DNA of 64,000 bases from Callorhinchus milii (Eukaryota), in contig NW_024704771.1 in the NCBI RefSeq assembly GCF_018977255.1, forward strand, positions 3,782,001 to 3,846,000. Reading direction: 5' to 3'. The notes beneath the pieces were generated by a model. The model did not search any database. It was not told the DNA's origin and saw only the letters and a list, made by a program, of their open reading frames with translations. The position numbers and the translations under genes are program-made. Below, in pieces: positions 37,909 to 49,897 of this stretch (its first letter is position 1; each line of letters begins with the position of its first letter).

Positions 37909-39646
37909 GGGACGCACCTTGCTTACCGAATTCCGGAGAGCATTAGGCGCAGGTTGACAAGAGCCGGCAAGGCTTTCTCTGTATCTATCTCCTCTTATAT
38001 TCACCTTAAACCTGTTACGATCACCATCACTAGGAACCCTCAATGCCGGTACAGAGCTGACCTGAGCCACGTGGATCTGGATTTCCTGGAGGAATTCTTC
38101 AGCATAGACGCCCCACGTAAACGCGGTTGGTTCGGAGGTGAAGAGCGAGGCTCCCGGTTGAGAAGCAGAGACAGCGAGAGGCTGGATGACGGGCAGTACC
38201 GGGAGGAAAGAAGCAGGAGACAGTTCGGCCAAGGATGGTGGCAGCAGCACAGACGGGGCTGGGGTAACCACGGCAACCACGATGGCCGCCATGACGGTGA
38301 AGAGCATGGGGACCGAGGCCATGGGCGTCGTTACGACCGAGGCCAAGGGCGGTATGACAACCAAGGCCGTGGGAACGAGGATAACCAAGGCCGTGGGTAC
38401 CAGGATAACCAAGGCCGTGGGAACCAGGATAACCAAGGCCGTGGACACGGGTTCCATTGGAGAGACGAGGACAGAAGAAGAGGCCACAACCCTCACGGAT
38501 GCGGGTAAGCGAGAAAATAATAATAATAATAATAATCCTTGTATTTGATGCATTACCTTACCACGTCTTCCAGACATCTCAGAGCGCTTCACTCTTAAGT
38601 GAAGCGACTGTGTATTTTGTGGGCGATTGCGCACAGCAGCGTCCCACAAACAGTTGTGGATTGAAGTGACCAGTTTATTATTTTTCTTAAGGGATTATTA
38701 CCCCCCGGAAAGCGATCCGCTGTTCGACTAACAACTGGGTTCCTACTTACCTCTGGGTAAACAGGGGTGCGGAGTAAGGAGTAAACTTGCCCAAGGTTTT
38801 ATCCCGCCCGGGAATCGAACCGGGTTCTCTCGCTTGCGAGGCGAGAGCGCGCTCACCACTACGCTACAGGATGCCACTTCGGTAGAGAAAGACACAGCTC
38901 CCAGTCTCCATCACTGACTGCTCTGTGCTGTGTTTGTACCCATCGGAATTTCCAACGCTGAGGTGGATAGAGTTGTTAGGTCAGGGGACCGAGGGATATG
39001 GGGCAAAGCTCGGTAGCTCGAGTTGAGGTACCAGCTAAGCCATGATCTAACAGGCTCGAGGGGCCGTGTGGGCACGTTTCGCCACAAAAATACACAGTCA
39101 CTCCACGTTACAGTATAATTCTGCAGCGCTCTGAGATGTCTCAATGATGTCAAGTGCAGGGCTGATTATTGAAGAGAGCGCGAGAGAGCAACAACAACAA
39201 CTTGCATTTACACAGCGCCCCTCACGCGGGGTAGTGTCACAGAGCGCTTGACGCTGGCGGAGCCGGTGGGGGGTGGAGTGGGGGGGGGGGGGGGGGGGGT
39301 GTGGGGAGGTGAACGTAGGCCAGAAGATGGGGAAGGAGAGAGAAAAAGGCAGAGGGGAGAGTTTGTAGGGCGTAGCGGCTGAAAGCGCGACCGTCAATGG
39401 TGGAGTGAAGGATGTGAGGGACCGGCAGAGGACACGGAGGCAGACACAGAGACACGGACAGAGGCAGGCGCAGGCAGACACGGAGACGCACAGACACCAA
39501 CAGACACAGACGCCGCCAGACAGGTGGTTGGGGAGATGGCCCGTGTAATGTGTGTCTTCTTGTATCGCAGCTCTGTTCAGTGTCAGCGTAATGAGGTGTG
39601 GCACAGTTCGAGGAAAGCCCCAACTTGCTTTCTCCAGCCCGAGTGA
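32403..39646 (+). CDS. SOUL / heme-binding protein family member with signal peptide and a large low-complexity insert (362 aa; 205 aa without exon 38034-38504)
   Basis: Exons 32403-32464, 32763-32838, 34004-34121, 35589-35716, 36392-36549, 38034-38504, 39571-39646; all GT-AG and phase-consistent (2,0,1,0,2,2). Translation: [19 protein letters not shown] (signal-like), then [81 protein letters not shown]. These match SOUL-family motifs (YEIRxY, GFxKLxxYIxGxN, MTAPV, PPxPxD, YxAGY, RxNEVW). Confidence 0.88.
34279..35438. repeat. Minisatellite, ~37-38 units of 26-32 bp (cacctctatatagtctgatattaacagtga), intron after the third coding exon of the SOUL gene
   Basis: Direct reading of near-perfect tandem units, with one interruption at ~35152-35170. 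Confidence 0.95.
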
Positions 39647-39785
39647 CCTGAGCTCAATGCTTCTCTCACACCCGATCTGGGGAAACAACAACAACAACAA
39701 CAACAACAACATATATATATATATGTGTATATATATATATATATATCTGGCGTGGCATCGAGGGCTATCGTCCCGGAGCGTTTGA

Positions 39786-39806
39786 AATAAAGTACTAATA
39801 AATAAA
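39786..39806 (+). terminator. Two AATAAA polyadenylation signals of the SOUL-family gene
   Basis: AATAAA at 39786-39791 and 39801-39806, 140-160 nt after the TGA at 39644-39646. Confidence 0.55.
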
Positions 39807-39829
39807 AGGCTCTGTGTAAATTCTACTAA

Positions 39830-39876
39830 TCTCTCCCTCCTCCCTCTCTCCTGCCTCCCCCCACTCTCTTCCGTCT

Positions 39877-39910
<34 letters not shown>

Positions 39911-40270
39911 CACCCTCTCTCTTCCCCCCTTTTCTCTCATTCTGTCTCCCTCTCTTTCCTTCCCTCTCTCCCTCTTTACTTCCTCTTCCCCTCCCCTCCA
40001 TCTGTCTCCCTCTCTCTGTTTCCCCAACTCTCTCCCTGTCTCCCTCCCCACTGTGCTCTCTCTCCCCCCCCGCCCCAAACTCTCTCCCCCTCTTTTTCTT
40101 CCCTCTCTCCTCCCTCTTCCCTCCCTCGCCCCTCCCCTCCAGCCCTCTCTCCCCCTTCTCTCTCCCACCCCCTTCCCATCTCTCTCTTCCCACTCTTTGT
40201 CTTACTCCCCCTCACTCTCTCCCCCCCACCCCACTGCTCTCTCTCTCTCTCTCCCCCCACACCCCCCACA
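39830..40270. repeat. Long C/T-rich low-complexity tract
   Basis: Almost purely pyrimidine on the + strand; source of the spurious R/E/G ORFs at 39098-40269. Confidence 0.85.
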
Positions 40271-41339
40271 TTCAGCCCTGCCGAGAGGCACTGTTGGTGG
40301 AACTAAATCATCGCTGTCTGTATTCCTTTACTCAATGCTCTTTGAGATGTGCAAAATTCACATAAATTCATAATAAAAATTAATCTTTGCATTCAACGCA
40401 CCCGATTGTTGTGTCTTCGAAACTTCTCAAAGCATTTAATAATAATAATAATACCCGCATTTCATGTAGCGCCTTATCAGGTCATCGAGACGTCTCTAAG
40501 CGCTTCACAGAATATACTGTATAGTGACTGTATATTTGTGGGCAAAACGCGACAGACGATTGCGCACAGCGGCGTCCCACAAAGAGCCGTGGATAGAAGT
40601 GACCGATTTTATTATTGGTTTTTTTGAGGGCTTATTATCAGACGTGTGTGTGTGTGTGTGGAGTAAGGAAACTTACCAAGGTTTCGTGCCCCCCACACCC
40701 CAGCCCCCACCCCTTGCCGGGAATCGAACCCAGACGGAGTGACTGGGGGATGGCATTCCAGAGGTTGGGGGCAGAGTGGCTGAAGGCTCTCCCGCCAATG
40801 GTGGGGCGGGTGGGTCGGGGGACGAGGAGCGGGCCAGAGCCGACTGAGCGGAGGGAACGGGCGGGTTGGTAGGGGGTTAGGAGGCCGCAGAGGTAGGGTG
40901 GGGCGAGGCCACGGAGGGCTTTGTAGGTGAGGACCAGGATTTTGAATCGGATCCTCTGGAAGGAGAGGGACCCAATAGAGTCGGGAAGTGTCGTGACTGT
41001 GTTTCGTTGGTTGGAGACGGCGGCCGTTTCGCACAAACGGCGATGAAGTGGGCGAACAATTTTATTTGGGGGATTATGGGCCAAGACACCGGTGGGGGGA
41101 AGGGGAGAGAGAGAGACTTGGGGGTTTAAACCCACAAAACCCCTGGCTCAGAGGTGAGCGAGAGAGAGAGAGAGAGAGAGAACTGAACCAGGCTATCACA
41201 GCAATAAAAAAAAATGTCAATTTCACATGAAATCAGGACACATTAGATATGTTTTTCCTGTGTTAAATGTATTCCTTTCTCTCTCCGTATTTGTGTGTCT
41301 CATTCTCTCTCGGTCTCTCTCCTCCTCTCTCAGTCTCTC

Positions 41340-41875
41340 GCTGTGTGACTCTCTCTCCCTGTGTCACTCTCTCAGTCTCTCTCTGTGTGTCACACTCTCT
41401 CCCGTGTACTCTCTCGATCTCTCTCTCCCTGTGTCACTCTCTCAGTCTCTCTCTCCGCGGCACTCTCCATCCCTGTGTCACTCTCTCAGTCTCTCTCCCT
41501 GTGTCACTCTCCATCCCTGTGTCACTCTCTCAGTCTCTCTCCCTGTGTCACTCTCTCCCTGTGTCACTCTCTCAGTCTCCCTCCAAAACCAAAAACAATA
41601 ATAAATTGGCCATTTTCAATCCACGACTGTCTGTGGGACATCGCTGTGCGCAGTCGGCTGCCGCGTTCGGCCACAAATATACAGTCAATTCACTTTACAG
41701 TGTGTCGGTTCTGTGCAGCGCTTTGGGACGTCCTCCCGACGTGAAAAGCGCTATATCAAATGCAAGGATGATTATTATTATTATTACACCTCTCTCCGCG
41801 TCACTCTCCCTGTGTCACTCTCTCAGTCTCTCTCTCTCCGCGCGTCACTCTCTCTCTCCACTGTGTCACTCTCTC
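41340..41875. repeat. Tandem ~26-bp CT-rich repeat (ctctctccctgtgtcactctctcagt) interrupted by a SINE piece at ~41580-41787
   Basis: Direct reading. Confidence 0.8.
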
Positions 41876-42127
41876 GGTCTCACTGTACACTCCGTCACAT
41901 GCACTCTACCAATCTTTCACTTTCACAGCCTCTCTTTCTCTGTGCGGAGAAGGAACCACTTTGGTAGGTAGCGTTCTCTTCAGCGGGAAATTTTCAGTCT
42001 ATATTTTCCTGCAAGCTTTAGCTAAAACCCTTCTCTTCTGCAACTCCCACTCTCTCTTCATAATACTCTCTCGCTCTTAACTTGAGTTGCTATTTGCTAT
42101 TAATTTCTTCTAAACTTGAAAACAACA

Positions 42128-42188
42128 GGAAACTTTCCTGGGAGAGAAAGTGAAAGTGAGTGAAAATTCAGCCCAGATCTTCATTCGA
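42128..42188 (+). promoter_or_regulatory. Candidate butyrophilin-like gene promoter: kB-like site, ISRE/IRF-E and end of a non-coding first exon
   Basis: GGAAACTTTCC (42128-42138) then GAAAGTGAAAGT (42146-42157; fits the IRF1/2 consensus GAAASYGAAASY), then a strong donor cga|gtgagt at 42188/42189, about 1.5 kb upstream of the leader exon. Confidence 0.6.
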
Positions 42189-42229
42189 GTGAGTTACTGT
42201 GTTTGGGTGTGTCTCTGTGTGTACATGGA

Positions 42230-42288
<59 letters not shown>

Positions 42289-42479
42289 GTGTGTGTGGTG
42301 GTGGTGGTGGGAGTACTGTCTGTGCGCCTGTCTGTGCGCCCGTCTGTGCGCCCGCCATATGTCTATACCCTATCTGTCTGTGTGTGGTGCGGAGGGGGGG
42401 GGTTGTCTGTGTGTATGTGCCTGTGTATGTGACTGCGTGTGTGACTGTGTGTACACCTTGACTGTTTGTGTGTCTGTGT

Positions 42480-42965
42480 GTGAGTGCGTGTGTCTGTGCC
42501 CTGTGTATGTCTTGTGTCTGTGTCTGTGCCCCTGTGTACGTCTTGCGTCTGTGTCTGTGTACGTCTTGTGTCTGTGTCTGTGCCCTGTGTATGTCTTGTG
42601 TCTGTGTCTGTGCCCCTGTGTACGTCTTGTGTCTGTGTCTGTGTATGTCTTGTGTCTGTGTCTGTGTCTGTGTACGTCTTGTGTCTGTGTCTGTGCCCTG
42701 TGTACGTCTTGTGTCTGTGTCTGTGCCCTGTGTACGTCTTGTGTCTGTGTCTGTGTCTGTGTACGTCTTGTGTCTGTGTCTGTGCCCCTGTGTACGTCTT
42801 GTGTCTGTGGCTGTGCCCTGTGTATGTCTTGTGTCTGTGTCTGTGTACGTCTTGTGTCTGTGTCTGTGCCCCTGTGTACGTCTTGTGTCTGTGCCCCTGT
42901 GTATGTCTTGTGTCTGTGTCTGTGCCCCTGTGTATGTCTTGTGTCTGTGTCTGTGCCCCTGTGTA
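42480..42965. repeat. TG-rich compound minisatellite (tgtgtc)n + tgtgcccctgtgtacgtct
   Basis: Direct reading; lies in the first intron of the butyrophilin-like gene, next to (GT)n, (TCTG)n and (GGT)n microsatellites at ~42235-42310. Confidence 0.85.
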
Positions 42966-43687
42966 CGGCTGTTCAGATGGACGGTTAAGATCCAGTGGCG
43001 GCTTTGGAAAAGAGAAGGGAGTTTCACTCTCTCCGTGTCATGGACGACAATCCCCCAAATAAAACAGGTCATTCGCCCCACGGCTGTTTGAGGGTTTACA
43101 CTTTATCCTCGGAGACATTTAACGACGTGATATGGCACTGGATCAAACGCTCGGATTATTTCATTATGGTTAATAACTAACTCCCTGTTGCAAAGAAAGG
43201 CTTTCGGCTGCACTTTGAGACGCAGAGACTGGCACAGACACAGCGTTGTGGAGGGCGGGGAGGGTGGGGTTGGAGAGTGGCTGAAGGCTCGGGCAAAGAT
43301 AAGGGTCTTGAGACAGGCTTCGAATGAGATAAGGGAAGGGGTGAGGTGACGGACTGCGGGATGGAGTTTGAAGGGGTGGGGACAGAGAAGGTGAAGGTCT
43401 GATCGCCAATCGGGGTTGGCGGTGAAGGGGGTGGGGGCGCAGGGTCGGCGACATGGTGCAGCCCGGAGCCCACTGAGAGGAGAGAGCGGATAGAAACACA
43501 GTTCAACACTCACACCCTCACACGCTCGCTGTCACACACACTCACTGTCTCTCTCTCACACACACAGGCAGGTCACTGGAGACCCATCATCTAAACGTTT
43601 CTGTTTTCTCTCTTGTCGCTGAGGATGGTTCGTTCAGCGATGCCCAGGTCCCGATCAGCCTCCAGCTCGTTCCTCACCTCCTGCAGG

Positions 43688-46600
43688 ATGTTTGGGACTC
43701 GCCGTCTCCTCCTCTGTCTCCTGATTTCAGCGGTCGGTGAGTGAACCTACACGAGAGACGGGGAATCCTCCCACCCACTCAGCTCCTGGTTATCCCGCAG
43801 CCAAAGCCCCAACGGGCCGGGTGGTCCCGGCTGGACAAGCAGCGGGAAAGCTGGCCAGACAGTGATATCAATGGCGAGCTATGGGGTTTTAGCCGGTTAG
43901 CCTCCAGCAGTTACCCCAAACACTCACTCTGGGCTCACCCCCAAGCCTTGGCTCTTGCCAACCTGTGCCTAATAATCTCCGGAATTAGGTGAGCAGAGTG
44001 CATCCCTCCAGGGAGAGAGTGTGGACTCCATACCAACGATCTATCTCTGGGATTTCCGGGGGTAGGTGAGATGTGGGGAATTCTCAGCTTGGTTTGGAGG
44101 CTCTTAAACACGGTGATGGGTTTCCGTGTGAGTTAGACACCCGGCTGACCAAAGAAAATACGTGCCAGCCCCCCGCTCAGGATCAAATCCCCGACTGCTC
44201 AATGCTTTGGGACGTCCTCGTGACGTGAGACGATACAAATCTCCCCCACCTGCATTTTTTTAACATCAATTCTCTGCTTTTTTTCCCCGGCTGCCAATAA
44301 TTACAGGCAAGTTCGAATGCCATTCGCATCCGAGCACATCCCAAATTATTTTAATTCCCCGCGGAACCATTTTATTCGACTGTAACCCTCAGCCCCGATA
44401 TTTGTGATACAACAACCCACATTATCGCAGTGTTTACAGATGAAAGAAAACGCATCGGTTTTCCCGCAGAGTCGGGTAATAATTGACGAACATATTTACT
44501 CGTCACATTTTTTTTTATTTAACTGAACAGTTAATGACTGCGCACCACTACAATTATTTTATTTTCAATCCCAGTTATTAAAATTATATAAATATATATT
44601 TTTTAAGAAAGCTGCAGTACTGTTTCGTGGCCACACAGTGAAACGGTTTTACAGGTTCAAAGGAAATTCATGTGTCAGGTGTAATTGACGACTGTATTCA
44701 ATGTATATTTAATTGCAGTTTATTCTTTTTTCGACGGTTAATGGCTGAACATGAGTAAATTTATTGTGTTTTTACGGTTAAAGTTCATTCCGTGCAACAC
44801 AAAATAATCTGCACCGTTAATCTCAACCCTGAATCACATTACTTTCTGGGGGCAATATTTTTTTTGCGCTTATAATTGACTAATCTATTCATTTTCAACA
44901 CTTGACCTCATAACGGCTTCATAACGTTCAAACATTTAATGGATCAAAAATAATTTCAAACAATTGAGATGCTTCAGTAACTCAGTGCGGCTCTATTACA
45001 AGGTGCAACGATGATTATTATTGTAATGTTAATTATTATATACGTTGTGAGCTGTGGAGTCCTGTAGCTCAGTGGTTAGAGCACTCGCCTGGCAAGCGAG
45101 AGGACCTGGGTTCAATTGGCAGCTACGTTTCTCCCACAAAATACACAGTCACTACACTTTACCGTGTATTCTGTGAAGCCCTTCGAGACGTCTGAAAGAC
45201 TTGAGAAGGCTCTGCGGCAAATGCAAGGATTATTATTATTATTTTTAGTGTTATTGTATTATTGTATCATCGTCATCGTTATTGATGCTGAGATGTTTCT
45301 GACGAGCAGTTGGCTTCGAGGTGTCGGGGCCCAAGGAGGCGCTGGAGGTGACCGTGGGGGAGGACGGCGTGTTGCGCTGCCAGGTGGAGCAGGCTTTGCC
45401 TCTGATGAACCTGGAGGTCAGGTGGGTCAGGCAGGATTGGAACTCGCCCGTCTATCTGTACAGAGACAGAAAGGAGCAGCTCAGCGTCCAGGACAAGGCG
45501 TATCAAGGGAGGACCGAGATGGATAGCCAGCAGATTTCTGCGGGCAATTTTTCGCTGATGATCAAGAACGTTCAACCCCCAGACAACGGCTCCTACACCT
45601 GTTTTGTTAAATTGTCCGAGAAATCCAACGAGGCTCTGGCAGAGCTGAAGGTTCGAGGTGAGACCGTGATGTCACCCTGACACAGCGTTCAAACCGGCCT
45701 CTCACTTTGCTTACAGAGAGAGGTTGGGTTCATGTGTGTGTGTGAATGTGTGTGTGTGTGTGCGTCTGTGAGTGACAGTGTGTATATGTGTGTGTGTGTG
45801 TGTGAGAGACTGTATGTGAATGCACGTGCGTGTGTGTGTGATAGTGTGTGTGTGGGGGGTGGTGGGGGGGGAGACAGNNNNNNNNNNNNNNNNNNNNNNN
45901 NNNNNNNNNNNNNNNNNNNNNNNNNNNNNNNNNNNNNNNNNNNNNNNNNNNNNNNNNNNNNNNNNNNNNNNNNNNNNNNNNNNNNNNNNNNNNNNNNNNN
46001 NNNNNNNNNNNNNNNNNNNNNNNNNNNNNNNNNNNNNNNNNNNNNNNNNNNNNNNNNNNNNNNNNNNNNNGTGTGACAGCGTGCGTACGTGTGTGTNNNN
46101 NNNNNNNNNNNNNNNNNNNNNNNNNNNNNNNNNNNNNNNNNNNNNNNNNNNNNNNNNNNNNNNNNNNNNNNNNNNNNNNNNNNNNNNNNNNNNNNNNNNN
46201 NNNNNNNNNNNNNNNNNNNNNNNNNNNNNNNNNNNNNNNNNNNNNNNNNNNNNNNNNNNNNNNNNNNNNNNNNNNNNNNNNNNNNNNNNNNNNNNNNNNN
46301 NNNNNNNNNNNNNNNNNNNNNNNNNNNNNNNNNNNNNNNNNNNNNNNNNNNNNNNNNNNNNNNNNNNNNNNNNNNNNNNNNNNNNNNNNNNNNNNNNNNN
46401 NNNNNNNNNNNNNNNNNNNNNNNNNNNNNNNNNNNNNNNNNNNNNNNNNNNNNNNNNNNNNNNNNNNNNGTGTGACAGCGTGCGTACGTGTGTGTGTGTG
46501 ACAGTGTGTGAGTGAGAGACAGTGTGTGTGTGTGTGTCTGTGAGTGACAGTGTGTATATATGTGTGTGTGTGAGAGACTGTATGTGAATACACGTGCGTG

Positions 46601-46909
46601 TGTGTGTGTGATAGTGTGTGTGTGTGGGGGGTGGTGGGGGGGGAGACAGCATGTGTGTGACAGCGTGCGTACGTGTGTGTNNNNNNNNNNNNNNNNNNNN
46701 NNNNNNNNNNNNNNNNNNNNNNNNNNNNNNNNNNNNNNNNNNNNNNNNNNNNNNNNNNNNNNNNNNNNNNNNNNNNNNNNNNNNNNNNNNNNNNNNNNNN
46801 NNNNNNNNNNNNNNNNNNNNNNNNNNNNNNNNNNNNNNNNNNNNNNNNTGTGTGACAGCGTGCGTACGTGTGTGTGTGTGTGTGACGGTGTGTGAGTGAG
46901 AGACAGTGT

Positions 46910-46946
<37 letters not shown>

Positions 46947-49854
46947 ACAGTGTGTAAGTGGACAACCCCAGGCTTCTCTTTTCCACCGCAAACCGTTTCC
47001 TCCGTCCACCTGCCCATGCCTCTCGCCCATCCTCTCCTCGAACTCCAACTGTGAGGAGATGCTGGACTTCTTCGAATCTAAAATCAAGGGGATACATTCA
47101 GTCACCTCAGCCCCGTCCACAGCCATCACCTCTCCCTCCTGACCCACCAACCCACCACCCTCCCATACTCCTTCGAGCTTATCTCTCCCTCCTCCCTCAA
47201 GATAACTGTCCGCAAACTCAAACCCACCACCTACTCCCTCGATCCCATCCCCAGCTCTCCCCTCATCTCCCAACTCCACCTTCTGGCCCCTCTCCTGTCC
47301 AATGTCATCAACCTCTCCTTATCCCCCTAAATACAGCCGTCATCAACCCCATCTTGAAAAAGCCTTCCCTGGACCCATCCCTCCTCTCCAGCTACTGCCC
47401 CATCTCTAACCTCCCATTCCTCTCCAAGGTCCTGGAATGAGTCGTCGCGTCCCAGCTCTGTTCCTTTCTCTCTCGCCATTCCCTCTTTGAACCTCTCCAA
47501 TCCGGCTTCCGCGCTGCCCACAACACGGAAACAGCCCCGGTCACAGTCACTAACAGAATTCTGAACATCTGTGACCACACGGCTCCCTCTGCCTCCTTGT
47601 CCTCCTCGACCTCTCTGCCGCCTTCGACACTGTCGACCACTCCATCCTCATGCACGCCTCTCCCCTCTACTTAATCTTCACGGACCTACCTTTGCCTGGT
47701 TCGATTCCTATCGCTCTCACCGTCTCCACTTTGTTGCCTGTAACAGTTTCTCCTCCAGCCCCCGCACTGTCACGTCTGGTGTCCCCCAGGGCTCTGTCCT
47801 TGGCCCCCTCCTCTTTAATATCTACATGTTCCCCCCTTGGTGACATCATCCGCAGACATGGGGTCAACTTCCATATGTATGCGGATGACACCCAACTCTA
47901 TCGTTCTGCCTCCAACCTCAACTCCAGGACCACTGCTGTCCTGACAAACTGCGGTCGGACATCAAGTCATGGATGAGGGCAAATTTCCTACAGTTGAACA
48001 AGACTGAGGCCCTCCTGATCGGCTCACGCCAGCGCCTCAGCACCTCAGGCTCTGGCAGCGTCACCCTCCATGGTTGCTCACGACAACTCACCAGCCATCA
48101 GGAACCTGGATGTCTTGTTCAATCCTCAACTGTCTTTTCTTCCCCACATCCAAGCCATGACCCGCTCTGCCTTCCCTCACCTCTGTAACATCGCCCGACT
48201 CTGCCTCACTACCTCAGCCTCCTTCAAGTCCCGCCTCAAGACCCTCCTCTTTGGCCATACCATCGGTCACCCCCCCTTCCCCTCCCCTCCCTTCCCCCTC
48301 CCTGACCCCAGCTCAGGTCTGAAATGCTGAACACTATCCAGCGCCTTGGGATGTCCTCCCGACATGAAAGACACTATACAAATGTAATCATGTTGTTGTT
48401 GTGTGTCTGGGGGGACAACAGTGTGTGTGTGTGAGAGATAGTGTGAGTGTTGGGGAGTGTGTTGGGTTGTCGGGAAGTAGTGTGCGCGGGGGGGTGGGTG
48501 CTGTATGTGTTGGGGGGACAGTGTACAGTAACCACCTGTAACACCAGCTCTAGGTGAGGCCCCGCTGTTACACACAGAGGGTTACCAGAACGGGGGGATC
48601 AGGCTAAGCTGTCACTCCGAGGGCTGGTTCCCGGAGCCCCAGATCCTGTGGGGGGACGGCAGCCGCAGGAACATGACCGCACAGTCGCAAACCAGCCACG
48701 TGAAAGATTCCAAGGGTTTCTTCACCACGAAGAGCAGCGTGACTGTGAGCAGTGACTCCACAGACACTCTCACCTGCCAGATACGGAACCGCTTGCTCAA
48801 CAAGGACCAAGAGGCTATGATTATGATCTCAGGTCAGTGTTTCCCTCGCATTAACCAGACTTCACGAGCAACGAGTGGCGTCCAGTAGGTTAGTGGTCAG
48901 AGCACCACAAACAAAACGTGGTCACTCAATCCACGACTGTTCGTGAAACGCTGCTGTGCGCAATGGACTGCCGTGTTTCACCCACAAAACGCACAGTGAT
49001 GGGATCTTACAGTACAGAAGGAGGCCATTCGGCCCATCTTGCCTGTGCTGGCTCTTTGAAAGAGCTGCTAACCTGTCCCACTCCCCCCCTCTTAACCCAC
49101 AGCCCTGCAACTCGTTCCTTTTCAAGTACCTATCCAATTCCCTCGTATCGAATCTGCTTCCACCAGCCTGTCAGGGCGTTAGTTCCACACCGTAACAACT
49201 CTGGGGTGAAAAATGTATATTTTTTGCACATTCACTACACTTTATAGCGTATTCTGTGAAGCGCTTTGAGACGTCTGAACGACGTGATGAGGAGCTATTT
49301 CAAACGTATTTTTATTGATAATGTATCACAAAGGAGGGAATGAAATGAATTGTGCGGCTTAATCCCTGTGGGTTGGGGACGTCCTCCTGACGTGAAAGCA
49401 AAGGCGCAACAGCAATATCAGTTGTTGTCGTCGTAGTGGTGGTGGTGACTCTCTTGGTTTCTCTGGCAGAGGAAATGTTTCCCCGGGTCTCTGCCTGGAT
49501 GGTGCTGTTTATTCTGCTTCTCGTCGTCCTCCCCATGGCTGTCGCTGGAACCGTCTTCATTTGGAGAAAACAGACCACGAAGATTAAAAGTACGTTTGCT
49601 TTTCCTGACTCACTCGGAGCCCCGTAGCTCAGCGGTCAGAACGTTGGCCTCGCGAGCGAGCGAGCGAGGGGACCCGGGTTCGAATTCCCGGGTCGGGGCG
49701 AAACCTTAGGCAAGTTTCCTTACTGTACACACGCACAGGCACACGCACACACGTGCTTCTGCTTACCCAGGAGTAAGTAGGAATCCGGGCGTTAGTGGAT
49801 TGCTGGATCACTTTCTGAGGTAAGTGGTTTCTGTGTCAGCCTGGCACAGTGGTA

Positions 49855-49897
<43 letters not shown>

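Noticed and set aside
37831-38649. 272-aa hydrophobic minus-strand ORF (ILVPTALV repeats) and other-frame ORFs over the same region
   Set aside because: Antisense or alternate-frame shadows of the repetitive SOUL exon; only the + frame fits the splice phases.
41227-47279. Long ORFs rich in C/V/L/S or H/T (41267-41971, 42194-43091, 45689-47279)
   Set aside because: Translations of microsatellites, minisatellites and N runs.
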